Origin: Chthonomonadales bacterium
Lineage (GTDB): Bacteria; Armatimonadota; Chthonomonadetes; Chthonomonadales; Chthonomonadaceae
Reading direction: 5' to 3'
Assembly (NCBI GenBank): GCA_038217285.1
Contig: JBBQPO010000189.1
Span: forward strand, 1-11,965
DNA: 11,965 nt
The translations under genes and the position numbers were made by a program. The first letter of the stretch is position 1. Each line of letters opens with the position of its first letter. The notes beneath the pieces were generated by a model, which saw only the letters and a list, made by a program, of their open reading frames with translations, searched no databases and was not told where the DNA came from. Shown one piece after another: positions 6,540 to 11,965 of this stretch.

Positions 6540-8105
6540 GTGCAACTGCACTCCCAGATAGGAGGAGCTGTCGCGGCGGAGCGCCAGCCCTGCAGGCGCG
6601 AGCGCGGCCGCCCAATCTATCTCTCCTTTCGAGCTTACCAGGTTTGCGTACTCGGTATGGAGATCTGTTTGAGAAACGGCTTCCAGGCATGACAGCAGAG
6701 CGCCTTCGGGGTAAGCACGGCCTTTGCTGCCGTAGTCTGCCTCCATCAGACGCATGACGTCATCCAGACCGCGTTGGCCGTGCGTTAGCGCACGCAGCCG
6801 CAGATCGAAATAGAGTCCGACCAGGCTGCCCTTCAGGTAGTAACTCAGGCCATCGAAGCCTTCGCTCTCGCCCTCCCAGGATTTGCGGCTCGCGTCTTCG
6901 AGGGAGACGCGGAGACGAGAGGGGGTGTTGTCCAGGTCGCCTATCCGGTCTGCGAGATCGTTTAGCAGCCAGGTTTTGTCGCGCAGGCCAGCGCGATAGA
7001 GCAGGACATCGGCATAGTAGTCGGTGACCCCTTCCGCCCACCAGAGGGAAGCGGTTCGAACCGGCTGTGTGTAGTCGAAAGGACCCAGTCCGGCAGGGCG
7101 CAGGCGTTTGACATTCCAGGCGTGGAAAAATTCGTGGGCCGTGACTGTCTGGAAATCTTCGCCTTTGCCACCAGATAGGGGCTGCCCCATGTGAATCACC
7201 GTGGAGTTGTGGTGCTCCAGACCGCCCAGGAATCCGCTGCCACCGATGTGGTAGAAGAAGACATAGCGCTTGAAGGGGGGCTTGCCGAATATCTGTATGG
7301 CCGCATGAACTATTTTCGTGAGTATCGTGCTCACCCTGGATCGGTCCCAGTCGGGACTCCCGACGCAGACGCACTGGAAGGTTGCACCATCGGACACGAA
7401 TTCCGCCGACGTGAACTTCCCGAACTGAAGCGGACTGTCGATCAGGGCGTCGTAACTTTCGGCCTCAAATGCCTGGAGTGTTTCGCTCTTCGCTTCTGCT
7501 GTAACCGCTGTTCCCAGTGACCGCGCTCCTATAAGCGGGGTGAGAGGCGTTGCAAGCTTCCAGCCGGCCGGGAGTGCCGTGTCGAGCCGAACCGGCCGCT
7601 GGGTATGCCCGACCTCATAGAGAAACGCAGAGGCTCCGTTGATGTAACCACGTTCGAGTTCGCCGTCAACAGCGCTGCCGAAGAAGCCAAGGCCGGGATC
7701 ATGGGCATTGACATCGTAGTCCAGGGTGACAGGCATCGGAATCGCGTTGCGCGCCGTCGTGTCGATGGACCACACACGCGGGGTGGGGTGGATTACCGGC
7801 AGGGCATTGCCGTCTCCATCTGTCGCACGGACATGCTCGATGTCTGCCTGATAGTTGAGTATCTGATAGTAACCCGGAGTCCATGCGGGAATGGCAAACT
7901 CCATTTTGGTGCCCGATGGATGATCTTCCGTAATGCGCAGATGAAGACGATGGGAGTTGGGAGCTGGAACAGACAGGCGATAGACGAGCGGCGGTTCGGG
8001 CGCAATGCCATCCTGCGGAGAGGCGAAGGCGGTAAGGGAGGGGAACGGGTGAATCAACAACGCCCCGAGCGCAAGACGGTACAGTAAAGTGCGAAATAGA
8101 GCCAC
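6537..8105 (-). CDS. M61 family (glycyl aminopeptidase-like) zinc metallopeptidase, probably secreted; truncated before most of its PDZ domain (uninterrupted gene would be 6180..8105)
   Basis: Signal-peptide-like N-terminus ending AFA, PAWTPGYY, YDALIDSP, GGLEH..ST, zinc motif AHEFFHAWNVKRLRP, WWAEGVTDYY and SYYLKG. Confidence 0.9.
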   Translation of the reverse strand: MALFRTLLYRLALGALLIHPFPSLTAFASPQDGIAPEPPLVYRLSVPAPNSHRLHLRITEDHPSGTKMEFAIPAWTPGYYQILNYQADIEHVRATDGDGNALPVIHPTPRVWSIDTTARNAIPMPVTLDYDVNAHDPGLGFFGSAVDGELERGYINGASAFLYEVGHTQRPVRLDTALPAGWKLATPLTPLIGARSLGTAVTAEAKSETLQAFEAESYDALIDSPLQFGKFTSAEFVSDGATFQCVCVGSPDWDRSRVSTILTKIVHAAIQIFGKPPFKRYVFFYHIGGSGFLGGLEHHNSTVIHMGQPLSGGKGEDFQTVTAHEFFHAWNVKRLRPAGLGPFDYTQPVRTASLWWAEGVTDYYADVLLYRAGLRDKTWLLNDLADRIGDLDNTPSRLRVSLEDASRKSWEGESEGFDGLSYYLKGSLVGLYFDLRLRALTHGQRGLDDVMRLMEADYGSKGRAYPEGALLSCLEAVSQTDLHTEYANLVSSKGEIDWAAALAPAGLALRRDSSSYLGVQLH

Positions 8106-8220
8106 GAAGGTCGGTCACTTTCTTACGGTCTGGGCGCCCGGTAAAGGAGCGCCTCTTTTGATCGGTAATCAGGGTACGCACGGGGCACGGCACTCAGAAG
8201 TTCGCGCCATGCCAGAGAAG

Positions 8221-8997
8221 CTATCGGGAGTCCTGACGGGTAAACTCCTCATAGACAATACCGCTCGCGCCGAGGAGAAGTTCGCGAACCGTATTGATCG
8301 CACCGGACATAGCCTGCACGACCGCCTCATGCTCGACCGGGGCCGTCGTCAGTCCTGCGCCGAAATTCGTCACGATGCCGAGCCCAGCGTACTCCAGCCC
8401 GGCTTCCTTCGCAAAGATCGCTTCTGGCAACCCGGTCATTCCCACGACGTCGGCTCCCATTCGGCCAAAAATCCTGACTTCCGCAGGCGTTTCGAACCGG
8501 GGGCCATCGCAGCAGAGATAGGTGGCTGTCGGGACGAGGGGCACATCAAGGTTGGAAGCGGACTGAAGAATGGCCTGACGCAGATGCGCGCTGTAAGGCG
8601 CGGTAAAGTCTGTATGGTGCCAGGGTTCGCCTTCTGGAAAATAGGTGAGAGGTCGCTGTCGGGTAAAATCGATGAAATCGTCGAATAGTACCAGGGTGCC
8701 CGGCGGCAGATCGGACCGTAGCGATCCGACCGCATTGGACGCGAACAGGTAGCGGACATCCAGCGCTGCCAGTGCCGCGATGTTGGCCCGGTAATCGATC
8801 TGGTGCGGAGCCAGGCCGTGTGTTACACCGTGCCGTGAGAGGAAGTAGAGTTTGTACGGTTCGACGTAGTTGTTGGATAGGCTCAACAGATGCGCGGTAC
8901 CATATCGTGTAGTGACTTCGACGGACTCCGCGAACAGTTCGGGGGGCAGGCTTTCAAAACCGGTGCCGCCGATGATCGCGATATTGCCTCTGGACAT
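8221..8997 (-). CDS. MTAP/PNP-family nucleoside phosphorylase, probably S-methyl-5'-thioinosine / 6-oxopurine specific
   Basis: IAIIGGTG, FLSRHG.H..APHQIDYRANI.AL, AVGSL, DFIDFT, GPRFETPAE, GADVVGMT..PEA..A.E and VTNFGAG (Asn where MTA phosphorylases have TDYD). AAGGA RBS 5 nt before the ATG. Confidence 0.88.
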   Translation of the reverse strand: MSRGNIAIIGGTGFESLPPELFAESVEVTTRYGTAHLLSLSNNYVEPYKLYFLSRHGVTHGLAPHQIDYRANIAALAALDVRYLFASNAVGSLRSDLPPGTLVLFDDFIDFTRQRPLTYFPEGEPWHHTDFTAPYSAHLRQAILQSASNLDVPLVPTATYLCCDGPRFETPAEVRIFGRMGADVVGMTGLPEAIFAKEAGLEYAGLGIVTNFGAGLTTAPVEHEAVVQAMSGAINTVRELLLGASGIVYEEFTRQDSR

Positions 8998-9028
8998 ATG
9001 TTTCCTTCCGACCGCTGAACGGGACGCC

Positions 9029-9060
9029 TTGACAGACTGTCCCCTTTCGAGGGTACACTC
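9029..9060 (+). promoter_or_regulatory. Candidate promoter for the YfhO/ArnT-like genes with a 19-nt spacer and an overlapping dyad
   Basis: TTGACA (9029-9034), 19 nt, TACACT (9054-9059). Imperfect inverted repeat at 9035-9060. Confidence 0.4.
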
Positions 9061-9102
9061 GTCCTATAGTGTCCGCTTTGGGAACCCCAGTCTGCACCCA
9101 CC

Positions 9103-11388
9103 TTGAGTACTTCACCTACAAACAAAGATGCCTTTCGCTCCGGCGAGGAATCTCGGCGAGCGGGCGGTTTTGCCCGTTACCGCGCGGCGATTCCTGTTCT
9201 GGTCCTGCTCGCCTTCACCGCCGCTCTGCTGTGGCCACTCTGTAGGGGAAGGGCGCTCTATTGGGGCGACATTCTCTTCTATTTCGAGCCCATGGCAGCC
9301 TTCGCACAGTCACACCTCGAACATGGACGACTGCCGCTCTGGAATCCTTACGTGCTCTGCGGTCAACCCTTTCTGGGGAATCCACAGATGGGACTATTCT
9401 ACCCTAGCACGGTCCTCCTTGAGTTCTTCCCGGTCTGGCTCTATTTGAGTCTCAATACGCTGCTGCATGTGTTTCTCTCCGGGGCGTTCTGTTTCCTCTA
9501 TCTCCGTCGGTGGTCCGTACACCGGGCTTCAGCCCTGGCCGGGGCCATGGTCTACATGGGCAGCTCATACCTAATGGCACGGCTTCAGTTCCCTCCGATG
9601 ATTCAGACGGCCCCTTTCCTGCCGTTGCTTCTCTACTGGCTCGATCTCAACATAGATCGCCCACGCCCGGAGTTCCGATTGGGCCTCGCGCTCACGATCG
9701 CCCTGTCGATATTAGCGGCGCATGCACAGTTGGCTTATATGACGCTGGCCTGCGGCATCGCGTATGCGCTGATGCGCCTCTGGAGTCAGAGGGGTCCCCG
9801 ACGAGATCGGCCCGGACTGTGGGGTTTCACCCTACAGGTTTTCGCGCTGGGCTGGGTTGGTATTCTCGGAGTGGCCCTGACGGCGATACAGTCCTTGCCA
9901 GCGCTTCAGTTGATGAAAGCCAGTACGCGCGAAGCGTTGACGCCAGCGCTGGCGAACCGGTTCGTGCTTCAGCCCCAACAACTGCTCACGCTGCTCGAGC
10001 CTCACTTCTTTGGACATCCCGCCACGGCGGACTACTGGGGGGGCGGCAACGCGTGGGAACCTGCCATTTTCGTTGGATGGCTGCCCCTTCTGCTGATCGG
10101 TTATGCCGTGGTGCGCTGCAGCCAGGAACGCCTGGTCCGATTCTGGGCTATTCTGGCGCTCCTTGGTATCTGGCTCGCGTTGGGCATAATGGGAGGCCTC
10201 TACTGGATTGCGTTCTACGCAGTGCCCGGCATCTCTAATTTCCATGACCCGGCTCGTTTCCTGTTCGTGGCGACGTTTGCGTTCGCGGTGTTGTCCTCTG
10301 TCGGAATCGATGCGTTGCGGGAACGAACGAAGTGGTGTAACCGGCGTATGTGCTACGGGGCGCTGATCTGCATCGGTCTGCCTCTGGCCTGGTTCGGGCA
10401 GGAGTGGAACCCGACCACTACGGCGGCTGCCGTCCGCGGCGGAGAGCGCCACGAGCCGTACACGATTGGGCAGGCCGCTCGAGGACGGATCTATCTGCCG
10501 GAACACAGTCTCTACTGGCGCCGCTTTGTGACCGATGGTTACAGCGATTATGGCCCCTCCGATCCTCGCGCGATACAGTCTTTGCGGCAGACATCCCTCC
10601 CCAATCTACCGATGGGACAGGGAATCGCCATGGCTGCAGGATACGAGCCTGTGCCGATATCCGCTCTAACGGGCATCGATGGTCTCGCCCGCTCCGCATT
10701 CCGGCGCGGCGAGCCGAACATGAACAATCTCCTCTCTTTGATGGACGTCGGCATCGTTGCCCTGCCAACTTTTCAGCACACCTTCGATCCCGGCCTTCTG
10801 CTTCTATCGTCGCAGGAGGTGCCGGGTCGCCGGGCATGGTATGCGGAGGTAGGTGTGCCGCCGGCTAAGGTTTGGCTCGTGCGCCGCACCCTACATGTAG
10901 AAGGGAGGATGCGCGTTTCCGCCGTAATGAGTTCTCCTGGTTTCGATCCTCGGCAGGAAGCGATCATAACTGGGAGCGGTGCCGCCGCTGTCGCTCTCAG
11001 CGGGCCTAACGAGGTGGTTCCGACGTCGATCCCTCTCCTCGATCTGTCTGAAATAGAGGCACGGATGCGCGTCGATGCCGGATCCCAACCTGCCTATTTA
11101 GTCTATGCCTCTACGGCGTACCCCGGATGGACGGGCTGGATCGACGGCAAATCGGTCTCGCCTCTGCGTACGGATGGGGCCTTTTTGGGCCTGCCGATAC
11201 CTCCTGGGAGACATGACGTTACGTTTGAATATCGGCCTGCTATCTGTCGCCTGGGGGCATTTATGTCGCTGGTCGCTGCGGGCCTGTGTGCGGCAATGAT
11301 GGTACCGATCGGATTGACGCGGCTTCGCATCGGTCGAACTCGCGGCCCTGTCGTGCAGAGGGAGCTCACGGAAGGAGTGGAGATTTAA
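9103..11388 (+). CDS. YfhO family polytopic membrane protein (putative GT-C glycosyltransferase)
   Basis: Many hydrophobic segments. N-terminal WGD...F.P and G.LPLWNPY..CGQPFLGNPQ.GLFYP, F.DPARF, and C-terminal YPGW...IDGK....LRTDGAF.GL.IPPGRH.V.FEYRP followed by a final TM helix. The TTG start is uncertain. Confidence 0.85.
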   Translation: MSTSPTNKDAFRSGEESRRAGGFARYRAAIPVLVLLAFTAALLWPLCRGRALYWGDILFYFEPMAAFAQSHLEHGRLPLWNPYVLCGQPFLGNPQMGLFYPSTVLLEFFPVWLYLSLNTLLHVFLSGAFCFLYLRRWSVHRASALAGAMVYMGSSYLMARLQFPPMIQTAPFLPLLLYWLDLNIDRPRPEFRLGLALTIALSILAAHAQLAYMTLACGIAYALMRLWSQRGPRRDRPGLWGFTLQVFALGWVGILGVALTAIQSLPALQLMKASTREALTPALANRFVLQPQQLLTLLEPHFFGHPATADYWGGGNAWEPAIFVGWLPLLLIGYAVVRCSQERLVRFWAILALLGIWLALGIMGGLYWIAFYAVPGISNFHDPARFLFVATFAFAVLSSVGIDALRERTKWCNRRMCYGALICIGLPLAWFGQEWNPTTTAAAVRGGERHEPYTIGQAARGRIYLPEHSLYWRRFVTDGYSDYGPSDPRAIQSLRQTSLPNLPMGQGIAMAAGYEPVPISALTGIDGLARSAFRRGEPNMNNLLSLMDVGIVALPTFQHTFDPGLLLLSSQEVPGRRAWYAEVGVPPAKVWLVRRTLHVEGRMRVSAVMSSPGFDPRQEAIITGSGAAAVALSGPNEVVPTSIPLLDLSEIEARMRVDAGSQPAYLVYASTAYPGWTGWIDGKSVSPLRTDGAFLGLPIPPGRHDVTFEYRPAICRLGAFMSLVAAGLCAAMMVPIGLTRLRIGRTRGPVVQRELTEGVEI

Positions 11389-11392
11389 TCCT

Positions 11393-11965
11393 ATGGGCAG
11401 CGACGACGGGCGGGGACGAGGACGGAAATGGGTCTGGGCTGGCGGAGTTCTCCTCGTCCTTCTGATGGTGGTTTTGCGGGGGGTGGCGCTGGATTCGGAC
11501 GCCTATCCGCGCCTCTCCTGGAGCAGCGCCCTCCTCACCGATGAGGGCTTCTATATCCATAACGCTCGCAATCGGGTCCTCTTCGGGCACGCGCAGACCG
11601 ATCAGTTCAACAACGATCTCATCATGCCTCTCCTGGACGCTCTGCAGACCGGCGTGTTCCAGACCTTCGGGGTCGGCGCTGTGCAGGCGCGTGCCGTCTC
11701 GGTCGTGCTGGGACTGCTTACCCTGCCCGTCTTCTTCGACGGGCTGCGGCGAGCCTTCGGCTTGCGCACGGCCTGTCTGGGGACGCTGCTGTTGGGGTTG
11801 GACCATGTGAGCCTGCTCTACTCGCGCCTGGCGCTCATGGATACGCCCGCCGCCTTCGTGCTGGTCTGTGCCTTCTGGCTCTGGGTAAGGAGCGGGGAGA
11901 GCGAGGGGGGGCATCGGGGTCGTGTGTGGCTGGGCCTGTGCGGGGTTGTGCTGGGTCTGTGTTAC
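11393..11965 (+). CDS. ArnT/PMT-like (GT83/GT39-type, GT-C fold) membrane glycosyltransferase, 3' end outside window
   Basis: Absent from the ORF track because it has no stop in the window. ATG 11393 follows GGAG and is 4 nt after the YfhO stop. Open for 191 codons: MGSDD...WVWAGGVLLVLLMVVLRG...LLTDEGFY..NARN...FGVGAVQARAVSVVLGLLTL...YSRLALMDTP. It has TM1 followed by the DE motif, plus the 'FG....AR' and 'SR.A..D' patterns. Confidence 0.85.
   Translation, partial: MGSDDGRGRGRKWVWAGGVLLVLLMVVLRGVALDSDAYPRLSWSSALLTDEGFYIHNARNRVLFGHAQTDQFNNDLIMPLLDALQTGVFQTFGVGAVQARAVSVVLGLLTLPVFFDGLRRAFGLRTACLGTLLLGLDHVSLLYSRLALMDTPAAFVLVCAFWLWVRSGESEGGHRGRVWLGLCGVVLGLCY

Noticed and set aside
5980..6690. 236-aa minus-strand ORF as a frameshifted M61 continuation or separate gene
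   Set aside because: It is Arg-rich and motif-free, and it runs across the miaA promoter. The PDZ continuation is in the original M61 frame.
11366..11914. 182-aa minus-strand ORF, and the 11541..11810 plus-strand ORF
   Set aside because: Both are shadows of the ArnT/PMT-like gene starting at 11393.
2616..11965. A single glycoprotein synthesis/turnover system (GT-C pair, M61 peptidase, glycosylasparaginase)
   Set aside because: The genes lie in separate transcription units, interleaved with housekeeping genes, and have different predicted locations. Proximity is the only evidence.
1..11965. CRISPR array, prophage, integron or defence system
   Set aside because: No repeat-spacer array or mobile/defence gene motifs seen. 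All long ORFs fit housekeeping or envelope families.

Overview
Ordinary GC-rich (about 60% by eye) bacterial chromosomal region with no integrase, transposase, CRISPR array or RNA gene that I can see. Left to right: the 3' end of an S41 peptidase (+) with its terminator and an overlapping perfect 40-bp palindrome; a minus-strand operon read miaA-hfq-dapF-glycosylasparaginase-selB from a clear sigma70-type promoter (6044-6072); an M61 metallopeptidase whose PDZ domain is cut by one in-frame TAA; an MTAP/PNP-family phosphorylase with a 6-oxopurine (MTI-type) signature; then, divergently, two GT-C-type membrane proteins (YfhO family, and an ArnT/PMT-like gene missing from the ORF track that runs off the window). 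I revised several ORF-track starts using RBS and family N-termini. I cannot support a clearly new multi-gene system. The best leads are the TAA plus downstream hairpin in the M61-PDZ gene, the repeat-built mixed-charge tail of Hfq, selB sitting with miaA/hfq and without selA/selC/selD, and the palindrome at 560-599. All family calls come from motif recognition by eye; no searches were run.
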